Source: Raja brachyura (taxonomy: Eukaryota). From it: a DNA stretch of 64,000 bases. The position numbers and the translations under genes are program-made. Of this stretch, positions 23,762 through 34,408 are shown in pieces (the first letter of the stretch is position 1; each line of letters opens with the position of its first letter). The DNA lies in contig OY740782.1 in NCBI GenBank assembly GCA_963514005.1, forward strand, positions 150,412,001-150,476,000, given 5' to 3'. The notes beneath the pieces were generated by a model. The model was not told where the DNA came from, searched no databases, and saw only the letters and a list, made by a program, of their open reading frames with translations.

Positions 23762-24079
23762 CTGGAGACCTACTGATGTTTTGGCTTATCAAATCTTTTT
23801 CATGGTTGACTTGGCAGGTATAGACGGAACCTCCGAACCACTCTGCAGCTGGGAATGTCAACTGGCTGGTCGCCGAGAAGTTACCGTTACCGTTCACCTG
23901 GAAGGCGGGAGAGGTGACGATGCCAGAATGCAATGGCTCGCCATCCTTCAGCCAGTTCACAGTAAATTTCGCTGGGGTGAAATCGTTGACCAAACACACG
24001 GCGGTCGCTTTTCTGCTGCGCTTGATTTCCTCAAGGGCAGTTATGGTAATGGCGAGGGTAGGATGATGTACCTCGCGGT
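23762..24079 (-). CDS. IGHM: IgM CH2 exon
   Basis: 318 nt, phase 1-1; DREVHHPTLAI...AVCLVNDFTPAKFTVNWLKDG...YTCQVNH...NISRSP; TTTCAG acceptor and GTAAG donor. Confidence 0.95.
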
Positions 24080-24989
24080 CTGAAAGAAAATAAACTTCAT
24101 TGGAATTGCTCATAAACTATCGTCGATTAATAAAGACACCCAATATTTTGTCCAAGAAAAAGAAAATCACTTTTTCTGATTAAAAGTAGCCGTCCACTCA
24201 CCTGGACTTCCCGAGATGCTGCTATATTCTTTGTTTATCACGGTACATCGAGTGCTCGTAAATGGGGAAATTAGAGCTCGGTAACTCGTTGCCACAGGGA
24301 TGTAATGGGCCGACTGTTTTGCCTTTGTCCTCTATGACTGTGTCTGTGCTTTTAATACTCTTGTAATGTTCTCAACATGGTGCACTCAGCCGCTTCGATT
24401 GTTCGCGAGTTAAAATGTAACTTATCTACGGATAGAGCAGTTCCTCGCGAATTATATGGATGTGCTCGTGATGATAATAAATTGACCAGCACTCTTTTCA
24501 AGCTCTCTACAGGGAAATTATTATTTTTTTTAAATGATTTTGTAAATGGTGAATTGTCGCGATATTTGAAGCACCGCCTTTCGTTCCGCCCCAAGAACGA
24601 AATACGGCAGTGCTTCCGTATTGTGAATATCGCTCTCGCCCCTCGGTGCCAGGAAACAAAACTCACCGTTTTATCGAAACAACAACAGTAGATGTTGTTT
24701 GATTAAACATAGAAACAAAGGGCTGGAATAATTTGGCGGGTAAGGCATGTGTCACTTTCTATTGAGACTTTAAGCCTTTGGTAGTTACGTTCAGATGGAG
24801 TTTCATCAGTGTTCCAGATGTTACATGACATCTGTGGATGCAGCCGCATTTTCACATCACTATATAGACATGAATTGCCTGTCTTTGACCAGGTGGATCG
24901 TGGAGCTCAGATGAGCGTTCGACATTCAGTATGACATGAAGATTAAAACCAAACAGGGCACATTAAGTCAAGTACTTATCTTCAATTGT

Positions 24990-25480
24990 CAAATCCCGCG
25001 AATTATATGGATTGCATTATGGCCTGGTTCGGCATCATGGCCTGGTTCGGCAACTTGAACATCCAGGAGCGGAAAAGATAGCAAAATGTTGTGACCACTA
25101 GCCCATTCCATAACCGGCTCGGACCCCCCATCATCAAAGGGATCTATCGCAGTCGCTGCCTCAATAAGGCAGCCAACATCAGAGACCCACACCATCCTGG
25201 CCACACACTCATCTTACCACTGCCACCGGGAAGAAGGTACAGGAGCCTGAGAACTGTAACGTCCAGGTTCAGGAACAGCTACTTCCCTACAGCCATCAGG
25301 CTATTAAACTCTGCAATCTCATATGCTCTGAACTACAATAGACTATTATTATTATTATTATTATTGCACTGTTATAGTTTGTTTTTTGAGTATGTGTGCG
25401 TGTGTACATGCAAACATTTCATTGTTCTATCTGGGACATATGACAATAAAACATTCTTGACTCTCGACTCTCGACTCCAC
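24990..25480 (+). mobile_element. Rex1/Babar 3' end, about 30 bp from the CH1 donor
   Basis: IRDPHHPGH...LPPGRRYRSL...RFRNSYFPTAIRLLN; TGACAATAAA plus (GACTCTC)n. Confidence 0.85.
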
Positions 25481-25511
25481 CCTCGGCCTCGCGGTGCACC
25501 CCAACACGAAC

Positions 25512-25808
25512 CTGGTACTTTCACTTGATACTCTTGTTGGCCGTGTTGAACCACGCAGAAGATGTCGCTTCCTCCTGCCTGCGCCTCGGTGATGGTTAAC
25601 TCGCTGCTCCGGGTGTAAGTTCCCAACTTATTGAACACTGCCGGGTATTCCTTCACTCCGCTGGTCAGTTGTTTATCATCTTTCTTCCAAGAAACACTGG
25701 CGCCCGCAGGGGAATAGCCCAACGCCAAACAACCATAGGTGAACGAACCACTGGAGCCGTGATCCTCGCAGGTGAAGAGAATGAAGGGGCTGGGCGCGGA
25801 ATCAGCCG
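25512..25808 (-). CDS. IGHM: IgM CH1 exon
   Basis: 297 nt, phase 1-1; ADSAPSPFILFTCEDHGSSGSFTYGCLALGYSPAGASVSWKKDD...DIFCVVQHGQQEYQVKVP. C1-set C-W-C plus an N-terminal Cys in the position expected for the light-chain bond. Confidence 0.93.
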
Positions 25809-26159
25809 CTGCAAGGCAAAGGACACATGAATGTTAAACTCTCTCTCTTGCTCGTTTTGCAAAATATTCAGTGCGAGGAATCATTATACAGCAATTCGTT
25901 ACACAGTTTTCTATTTCATGCAACTTCACCTGAGTATCATAAACTATTAGTTAATCATTCCGCCTTGATCCCACCTTAGAAAACATTGGCTGAAAACTTC
26001 TTGGGGTGCCAATATCCGGCAGTTACTGTCAAATGTACGCACAATTTCGAGTTGAAAATTTATCGATAGGCCTCCAGTATTAATTACTGTAACATTCCCA
26101 GGGTTTCTCAGGAATGGTCAATGCTCAGTGGCTATAACTAACGTTGGCCTATGGGTTAC

Positions 26160-26640
26160 AATCTCACCAAACTCCTTGTTGCAACTGGGGTTGATGGAGC
26201 AAGGGCGGAACTACGGGATACAGTGTAGACACGTGTGAGAGCCTCATCTATGGTAAAAGTGGGGAATACCCGCTCCCCAAAGAATGAGGACCTCGGATAT
26301 CCTGGTATGGAACAACTCATCTTGGGAGCAGTTGCGCGGAGACGGATGAATTTGGGAGTAGGACATAGAGTCTTTGCAGGAGGCACGGTTGGAAGAGGTG
26401 TAGTCCTGATAGCTGTGGGAGTCCGTAGATTTGTAATTTATGCCAGTCGGTAGTCTATGTCCTGCGATGGAGACGGTGAGATCAACAAAGGGGAGGTATG
26501 TGTCGGGGATGGACCCGGTGAATTTGATCGTATGGTCAAAGTTTGTAGACAATGAGGTCAATGAGTTCTGCATGGGTACAGGACGAAGAGTTCGGGGATA
26601 GGGCCAGTCTGTGTCAGGGGTTGTCCCATGTACCCAACTA
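26160..26640 (-). mobile_element. Penelope-like RT fragment in the J-C intron
   Basis: IKFTGSIPDTYLPFVDLTV...YKSTDSHSYQDYTSSNRASCKDSMSYSQ. Confidence 0.78.
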
Positions 26641-28087
26641 AATGGAAATTGGTGAAATGATGTGCAATGTTGGAAACAACATTTTCTCTGCTATTTGAAT
26701 TACAGAACAGGTATCCCACTAATCCGTGAACAGAGTGGGAATTGAAATCAATGGTTCAAAGGAGGGTTTGACTGACGTTCACAATTACATTTGCATTTAT
26801 TTATTAAAATTAAATTAATTTTGTTAAAATTAAATTTATTTAATTAAAATTAAATAATTTAGGTAGGTTTCGCTTGGGCCATTGAGAGTGCCCATGGCTA
26901 AACTTTTGATTTGGAGGAAGAGGGAAGAGTTTTTGTTTTATAAATGGTTCAGAGATTATCCGATAAAATCACAGAAAATGGAAGGATAAAGGGTTTTCCA
27001 TGTCGGGCTCCCGAACATAATTTGGGAGAAGACGAAATAAAACAATCACAAACTTGTTCGTGAAATTTGCCCTTAAATGTGTCCATCGAACGAAACCAAC
27101 TAAGGCGGTGGATGGGATTGAAATGGTAGCTCTGTTATTTAACCACAAATAACACACTTAAAATGTCACTTTTTTTACTGTATTTTGTTGCCCCATCACT
27201 CACGAAAATATAGTTCATTTGTATGCCGACAGTAATTGCAAGTAAATTCCGAAAAGCAAACCAGCCGACAAGAACATTACATTCATACCAGATTAAAAAC
27301 ATGTATGAGATTGCATTGGTAAGGATTACAAAGAACTCTCTCAATATAATATCTGAAATAATAAAGGTTATGTACCACAACTTCTGGAAACTAAATGTAA
27401 CATTTAAATTGTAAGAACATGTTAATACTTCGTAATTAAATAAATTGGCACAGGTTTTAAATGTTTGTCTGTGTGCACCATTGCCTTAATGAATTCAATA
27501 ATAATTAATTAAAATTAATGTTTATGCAACGACGCTCAGTTCAGTTTCCAGCATCTTTAAAACGAGTTTACGTTTACAATGTCATCGGCACTGAAGAACG
27601 AATGATTAACATTGTATCACTGTCCGTTAGGAAACGAATAAAAAAGATACCAATTATTAATTACAACCTGCAATCTATAAAAAATATCCGAGTTTGCTTC
27701 GTGACTTCAACAGGAAAGGGCATTAATTCATATAGAGGAAGTCTACTTTTAATGGTGAAAATGCACAATGTTGCTAAATCAATGTTTTAATTAAATAAAT
27801 GCAAATGTAAATTTGAACGTCACTCAAACCCTCCTTTAAGCCATCGAGTTCAATTCCCACTCTGTTCAAGGATTAATAGGATACCCTGTTTTATAATTAA
27901 AATTAAGATAGCGGAGTCAGGGGATATGGGGAGAAGGCAGGAACGGGCTACTGATTGGGGATGATCAGCCATGATCACATTGAATGTCAGTGCTGGCTCG
28001 AAGGGCCGAATGGCCTCCTCCTGCACCTATTGTTTAAAATAGCAGAGAAAATTATGTTTCCAACATTCCATTTCCCAATTTTTCATT
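26641..28087. repeat. About 160-bp inverted repeat pair (26641-26803 and 27792-28087, the latter split by a CR1 tail at 27907-28032)
   Basis: E.g. GAACAGAGTGGGAATTGAA vs TTCAATTCCCACTCTGTTC and TTACATTTGCATTTATTTA vs TAAATAAATGCAAATGTAA. Confidence 0.85.
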
Positions 28088-29782
28088 ATTTTTTCCCGTA
28101 ACTATTCGCAAAACTGACATTTGTCATTAGCAATTTACTAAATAGAGGAACATTTTGTGTTTAAATGACATTGGGAGCCAGAGACAATCACAAATTCAAA
28201 TTCTCTTTCTAATAAATCCATGGATTAAAAGTTATTCCCAAACTACAGCTGTTCCGAAATCTCCCCATTTTACATTCAACGCATTTTCCAAATGGGTAAA
28301 CTCGTGATCTTTGATATAAACAGAGCGATGGGGTCATTGGGCTCGGCAGCATTTGTGGAAAGAGAAAACCAAGCATTTTCCAGCTCGACTGTCGTTGGGA
28401 GACTAAACCATGGCAAATCAGTTTCGATTAGAGATATAGCATAGAAATAGATCCTTCTGCCAACCAAATCCAGGGCGACACACAAGTTCCACTTTATCGC
28501 ACTATCGCATCCACCCCCGACCCACTAGGGTCAATCACCCGGGTCAATTAACCTGCAAACCTGCACTCTTTTGGGTTGTGGGTGGAAAGCAGAGCACCAG
28601 TAAGAAACCACAGGGACAACGCACAGTTCTCACAGTCTGCGCCTGATTTCGGGAACGATGTCGGGTCTCTGGCGCTACCAGCCGTCATTCGGCTCCCCTC
28701 TATGGGATTTGTCTTTCGCCACAGGCTGCGTGACCCTCTAGGTGTTTGCAACATTTACTGTTCCTATTTATGATTTCTAGTAATTTATGAAAAATTTTAT
28801 TTTTAAACATATCTTCTTTGCGTTTATTGAAATAACATAATCCGACACTTCATACAACAGCAATACCCGGTCGCTGACACTCGAATTGAACGTACAAACA
28901 CGTAAAATTTGTGCAACAATATTGTCTCCCGCAATGACCGGCTGAATCATACCGCCGATGGGATGAATTGCATAACACACATTTGCTGAAACTCTTCACA
29001 AAAATCCAAATATCTCTGTCCAAAGACCACCAAAATTCATTGTCCCAATGACCACCACGCCAATCATTGTTGAAATAACGACGAATAACACAATACACAT
29101 GGATTACATAGATAACATTCCAATATAATGTGAATTTCCTTCAGTTCCTCCGTCACCCTAGTTCCTCTGTCCCCTAGTACACCCGGTACATTGCTATTCT
29201 ATACATCGCGTTTCACGGACTTAGCTTTGCTGTATCATTGGTTCACATGGCCAACTCATTGTACTTCAATATAGATTAAAAAAAAGGTTGCAGTAACTCA
29301 GCGGGACAGGCAGAGTTACTCCAGCTTTTTGTGTCAATCGCCAGCATAAATCAGCATCCACAGTTCCTTCCTATTCATTCTACTTCAAGATATATAACTG
29401 CGCAATTAACCCTGACGCTGAGCCTTGCATTTCTGCATTTTGCTGCGAGAACATTTTACTTCTTCCATGCAAGTTTTGTTAGCGATTGGATTAAAGGTGG
29501 CAAGGTGATTCCACCAATTAATACATACACTTTAAAAACTTGAAAATGTTACACCCAGGATTTATCCGTTTCTGTCGTTTGTTTCATGTGCGCTGATAAG
29601 AAACAAACTGAGACAAAGTACCTGCTGTTGATCAGAAAATACAGTTCGATGCATCACAGACCAAGGACCACAACAATCTCAAACAATTAGAAAGCACAGT
29701 GAAAGCAAATTGATGCACATTTTTCCACTAATTTGGAACTAAACCGCATCCGTTTCATAGTCAAAGGATCGAACGTCATAGC

Positions 29783-30243
29783 ACATAGAAACATAGAAAA
29801 TAGGTGCAGGAGTAGGCCATTCGGCCCTACGAGCCTGCACCGCCGTTCAATATGATCATGGCTGATCATCCAACTCAGTATCCTGTACCTGCCTTCTCTC
29901 CATACCGCCTGATCCCTTTAGCCACAAGGGCCACATCTAACTCCCTCTTAAATATAGCCAACGAACTGGCCTCAACTACCTTCTGTGGCAGAGAATTCCA
30001 CAGATTCTCCACTCTCTGTGTGAAAAATGATTTTCTCATCTCGGTCCTAAAAGATTTTCCCCTTATCCTTAAACTGTGACCCCTTCTTCTGGACTTCCCC
30101 AACATCGGGAACAATCTTCCTGCATTTAGCCTGTCCAAACCCTTAACAATTTTGTAAGTTTCTATAAGATCCCCCCCCAATCTTCTAAATTACAGCGAGT
30201 ACAAGCCGAGTCTATCCAGTCTTTCTTCATATGCCATCCCAGG
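29783..30243 (-). mobile_element. CR1 3' fragment about 190 bp downstream of JH
   Basis: GDLIETYKI...FFTQRVENLWNSLP...GTGY*. Confidence 0.9.
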
Positions 30244-30432
30244 TCATAAGGCAAGTTTAAATCGGGAATCTCACTGGAGCGGAATCACATAACATTCTAA
30301 ATTACAACATCGATCCAACATTGCAATGAATGGGTAATTAATGTAGAAGAACAATTTAATAGAATTATTGGAAATAGCGAGTAAAATTACAACTGGATAC
30401 ATCTAGATACTGAATAGGATGAAGTTTCTTAC

Positions 30433-30480
30433 CGCTGGTTACCGTCACCATGGTGCCTCCTCCCCAGTAGTCAAGTTCGT
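30433..30480 (-). CDS. IGHJ: JH segment (ELDYWGGGTMVTVTS)
   Basis: W-G-x-G motif, preceded by an RSS and followed by a phase-1 GTAAG donor. Confidence 0.96.
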
Positions 30481-30519
30481 CACGGTGTTACATTCTATGG
30501 GTCTCTTCACACAATAACA
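30481..30519 (-). other. JH 5' recombination signal sequence (23-RSS)
   Basis: On the plus strand: CACGGTG (30481-30487), 23 nt, ACAATAACA (30511-30519). Confidence 0.88.
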
Positions 30520-30848
30520 TGATCTGCACCAGGCAGGCAAAAAAGAACAAAAATCCTGTAAATTATTCGTATTTCACATCTAAGGCGAATGCCTTATTGC
30601 TCTTTGAAAACAATGAATGCGTTAAAAAAATCATTTCCAACAATAATCAGGTAACACGGCGCCGTGTATTAAACAGGGCAGCGAAATGTGATAAGAATCA
30701 TCTACATATAAAATATAAATTACCTCAAGTTACCTATACAATAAAATGTGCAAAAATATTCCTGGACATGTTTATGGTCCTGTTGTATGAAATATTGAAT
30801 TGAAAATATCATATACTGGCCCAGATCACAGTATTAAAGGGTTGTGGA

Positions 30849-30916
30849 TGTTTTTGTATTGGTAGGAACCGCTGTGCCATCCAGTGTACACAGTGAAACA
30901 TGTCATGTCAAATACT
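30849..30916 (-). other. IGHD: D2 segment (TACACTGGATGG, 30888-30877) with 12/12 RSS
   Basis: Minus strand: AGTATTTGA-12-CACTGTG, 12-nt D, CACAGCG-12-ACAAAAACA. Confidence 0.92.
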
Positions 30917-31164
30917 TCGCTCTTCAAGAACTGATGCATGTACTGCTCACAGAGGATATGTCCCCACTCTTGGTACTCTTGGCTGTCACTTATAAAGCTG
31001 AACGGTGTTCTTCTGAAGCTCATATAAAATAACGTGAATTGGTCGGAAGATAGTTGGACATTTCTCAAAACAATCCATGTAACTTTGCTTTTGAAATTGA
31101 ATTTGCTTCACTCGGCCTCTCCTACGGTGCTTGTGGGTTCGAACAGGAGAAAACTAGGTGAGGG

Positions 31165-31242
31165 GGTTTTTGTACGGGGAAGTCGCTGTATGCAGCACCG
31201 TGACCCACTGTATACACAGTGAGACAGACCCGCACAAAAACC
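31165..31242 (-). other. IGHD: D1 segment (TATACAGTGGGT, 31214-31203) with 5' 12-RSS and 3' 22-RSS
   Basis: Minus strand: GGTTTTTGT-12-CACTGTG, 12-nt D, CACGGTG-22-ACAAAAACC. Both nonamers are perfect. Confidence 0.95.
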
Positions 31243-31590
31243 TCCCATACAGTTCACACTCAGGTTTCATTTGAAACGGCCTTCGACACGATTTAAAATG
31301 GTCCAGCAATTCACAGAGAACACAGTAAATGTACACAACACCAACAATCCCCCTTCATCTCACTTGCCTAATGGAATGAGCATATTTTCCTGGTCTATGA
31401 TTTTGCACAACGCTATCGGTATGCGTGAAGCAAATTAAAAACCTCACACGAATGCGCTGGTTACATTTTTGAATATCGTGTTGGATTTGTGAATGGTAGT
31501 TTGCACTCCATTTCCCGACTGTTATTATAGCTGTTGAAATAATTGCTCACCTCTCGTCTTTGATGGTAAAAGCTGGACTTCCTAACGTGC

Positions 31591-31629
31591 CGTTCTTGTA
31601 CGGGTCTGACACTGAATCCTCACACTGTG
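31591..31629 (-). other. VH 3' recombination signal sequence (23-RSS)
   Basis: CACAGTG (31629-31623), 23-nt spacer, ACAAGAACG (31599-31591). Confidence 0.93.
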
Positions 31630-31930
31630 TCTCTCGCACAGTAATAGACAGCGGTGTCTTCGATCCTCAGGTTCCTGGCGATCACGGTGAACATATTCGA
31701 ACTGTCTTTGGACGGAGTAAATCGGCTCTTTATCCCCGGAGCGTAGTACTCGCTACCAGAACTGTAGTAGGCAAGCAGCCACTCCAGCCCCTGCCCGGGG
31801 ACCTGACGGACCAAATGCATCCAGTAGCTGCTAAGAGTGAACCCGCTGGTTTTACAGGTCAGTGTGATGGAGCCTCCAGGAACGGCGGTCCCTGTCTTGG
31901 GCTGAGTTAGAACGACATCGGAATGGACAC
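31630..31930 (-). CDS. IGHV: Ig heavy-chain variable (VH) segment, germline, open
   Basis: TTGCAG acceptor; translates [99 protein letters not shown]. Both V-set cysteines, GLEW and YYCAR are present. Confidence 0.97.
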
Positions 31931-32105
31931 CTGCAAGTTAAAAAAGGCAAGAATGGTGAGAATAAATTATTGACCATGAATCCCCCGACTCTAATTATCA
32001 ATAGGAAATAAATTGGGAGGGTTCTAGAGTGGGTAGAAGGGGAACGGTGTAGTGGATATACCACTGAGAAACTTGCGTGAGGAATTTGTCCAACTCATTA
32101 CTCAC

Positions 32106-32151
32106 GAACTATTAGCGCCAGGAACAGGCTCAGTGAAACTGCCGACCTCAT
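32106..32151 (-). CDS. IGHV: IgH V leader exon (signal peptide MRSAVSLSLFLALIV)
   Basis: ATG at 32151; 46 nt hydrophobic exon ending in phase 1 at a GTGAGT donor; splices in frame to the V exon ([10 protein letters not shown]). Confidence 0.93.
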
Positions 32152-32330
32152 CCCGCTGGGAAGTGTGACCCGGTTTGTTTCTGTACAGAACCTCACAACA
32201 AACCAACTGCAAGGAAGTTGGACTTCGGACCATCTTAGAGAGGATTAAATACCCGGCAAAAGAGGGTGCGGCTTTGGGCGGGACTTGTAAACCGAGAGGT
32301 GCAGCGGGCGGAGCTGAGACACGGCTCCCA
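32152..32330 (-). promoter_or_regulatory. Putative VH promoter (TATA-like, no octamer)
   Basis: TATTTAA at 32251-32245, about 95 nt upstream of the ATG, with GC boxes further upstream. No ATGCAAAT seen within about 500 bp. Confidence 0.55.
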
Positions 32331-32597
32331 ACTCAACAGCAAGATGGACTCACGCTTTCACATCTATTCACTGATACAGATGCACAAGAGGTTAATAAAA
32401 CAGCGTGCTTTTCCGCCCCTTACACAATATAAACTCATGGTATAGTTGTAAATAAGATGGTGGAAAGATAGTGCAGGTTTTTCTTAAAATATGTTCTGAA
32501 TTCCTCAAATTTATATTAAAATGCGTCTGGGTGCGCGTGTGCTTGCGTGTGTGAGAGGGAGAGAGAGGAGAGGTGAGAAAAAATATTTGAACAAGAA

Positions 32598-32665
<68 letters not shown>
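32598..32665. repeat. (GACA)n microsatellite
   Basis: Perfect tetranucleotide run. Confidence 0.95.
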
Positions 32666-32681
32666 CTGCCTTCATTGTTAG

Positions 32682-32870
32682 GTAGACACAAAATGCTGGA
32701 GAAACTCAGCGGGACAGGCAGCATCTCTGGAGACAAGGAATGTGTGACGTTTTGGGTCTAGACTCTTCTTCAGACCTCCAGAGATGCTGCCTGTCCCGCT
32801 GAGTTACTCCAGGATTTTGTGTCTAGCTTCTATTGGAAGCAACATCTGCAGTTCTTTCCTAAACATTCCA
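32682..32870. mobile_element. Short Penelope-derived foldback element
   Basis: Inverted arms at about 32684-32730 and 32777-32823 around a hammerhead-like core; second copy at 58238-58420. Confidence 0.6.
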
Positions 32871-32894
32871 ATATCAAGATACATTTATTTGTCA

Positions 32895-34408
32895 CATGTC
32901 GACCTTTTCCCAATGTTCAATAGATTCAGGGGTAGTTCCTGTGGATTGGAGAATAGCTAATGTTGTCCCACTTTTCAACAAAGGAGCGAGAAAGGAGAAA
33001 ACGGGGAATTACAGACCAGTTAGCCTGACTTCGATGGTGGGAAAGACGCTGGAGTCAATTATTAAAGAGGTAATAATGGGGCATTTGGATAGCAATAAAA
33101 GGATTAGTCCAAGTCAACATGGATTTATGAAAGGGAAATCATGCTTGACTAATCTCCTGGAATTTTTTGAGGATGTGACAAGTAAAATGGATGAAGGGGT
33201 GCCAGTGTATCTGGACTTTCAGAAAGCCTTTGATAAGGTCCCACACGGGAGACTGGTGACTAAAATTAGAGCACATGGTATTAGGGGTAGGGTGTTGACA
33301 TGGATAGAAAATTGGTTGGCAGACCGGAAGCAAAGAGTAGGAGTGAACGGGTCCCTTGCAGAATGGCAGGCAGTGGCGAGTGGAGTGCCTCAAGGCTCGG
33401 TGTTGGAGCCGCAACTGTTTACCATATATAGTAATGATTTGGAAGAGGGAATTAGGAGCAACACTAGCAAGTTTGCGGATGACACAAAGCTGGATGGCAG
33501 TGTGAACTGTGAAGAGGATGTTCGGAGGTTGCAGGGTGACGTGGACAGGTTGAGTGATTGAGTGAGTGGGCAGATGCGTGGCAGATGCAGTACAATATAG
33601 ATAAATGTGAGGTTATCCACTTTGGCGGCAAAAACAAGGGGGCAGATTATTATCTCAATGGGGTTAGGTTAGGTAAGGAGGAGGTGCAGCGAGACCAGGG
33701 TGTCCTTGTACACCAGTCACTGAAAGTTGGCATGCAGGTACAGCAGGCAGTGAAGAAAGCTAATGGAATGTTGGCCTTCGTAACAAGAGGATTTCAGTAT
33801 AGGAGTAAAGAGGTTCTTCTGCAGTTGTATAGGGCACTGGTGAGACCACATCTGGAATATTGGGTACAGTTTTGGTCTCCTAATTTGAGGAAGGACATCC
33901 TTGTGATTGAGGCAGTGCAGCGTAGGTTTACGAGATTGATCCCTGGGATGGTGGGACTGTCATATGAGGAAAGATTGAAAAGACTAGGCTTGTATTCACT
34001 GGAGTTTAGTAGGATGAGTGGAGATCTTATAGAAACATATAAAATTATAGGACTGGACAAGGTAGATGCAGGAAAAATGTTCCGAATGTTGGGCGAGTCC
34101 AGAACCAGGGGCCACAGACTTAGAATAAAGGGGAGGTCATTTAAGACTGAGGTGAGAAAAAACCTTTTCACCCAGAGAGTTGTGAATTTATGGAATTCCC
34201 TGCCACAGAGGGCAGTGGAGGCCAAGTCACTGGATCGATTTAAGAGAGAGTTAGATAGAGCTCGAGGGGCTAGTGGAACCAAGGAATATGGGGAGAAGGC
34301 AGGCACGGGTTATTGATAGGGGACAATCAGCCATGATCACAGTGAATGGCCGTGCTGGCAAGAAGGGCCAAATGGCCTCCTCCTGCACCTATTTTCTATG
34401 TTTCTATG
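32895..34408 (+). mobile_element. CR1 LINE RT and 3' end
   Basis: NYRPVSLTS, QHGFMKGKSCLTNL, DFQKAFDKV, GVPQGSVL, FADD, through GTGY* and tail. Confidence 0.93.

Noticed and set aside
24195-24290. Strong CAG|GTGAGT donor in the CH1-CH2 intron, preceded by ...CTVINKEYSSISGSP (hinge-like or relic exon?)
   Set aside because: No good in-frame acceptor; the best acceptor gives an early stop. Similarity to the CH2 end is too short.
21652-25808. IgW or IgNAR identity
   Set aside because: Four C domains, a mu-type tailpiece, KVK tail and a conventional VH fit IgM.
28850-29098. Trp/Cys-rich ORF in the J-C intron
   Set aside because: No recognisable domain or splice context.
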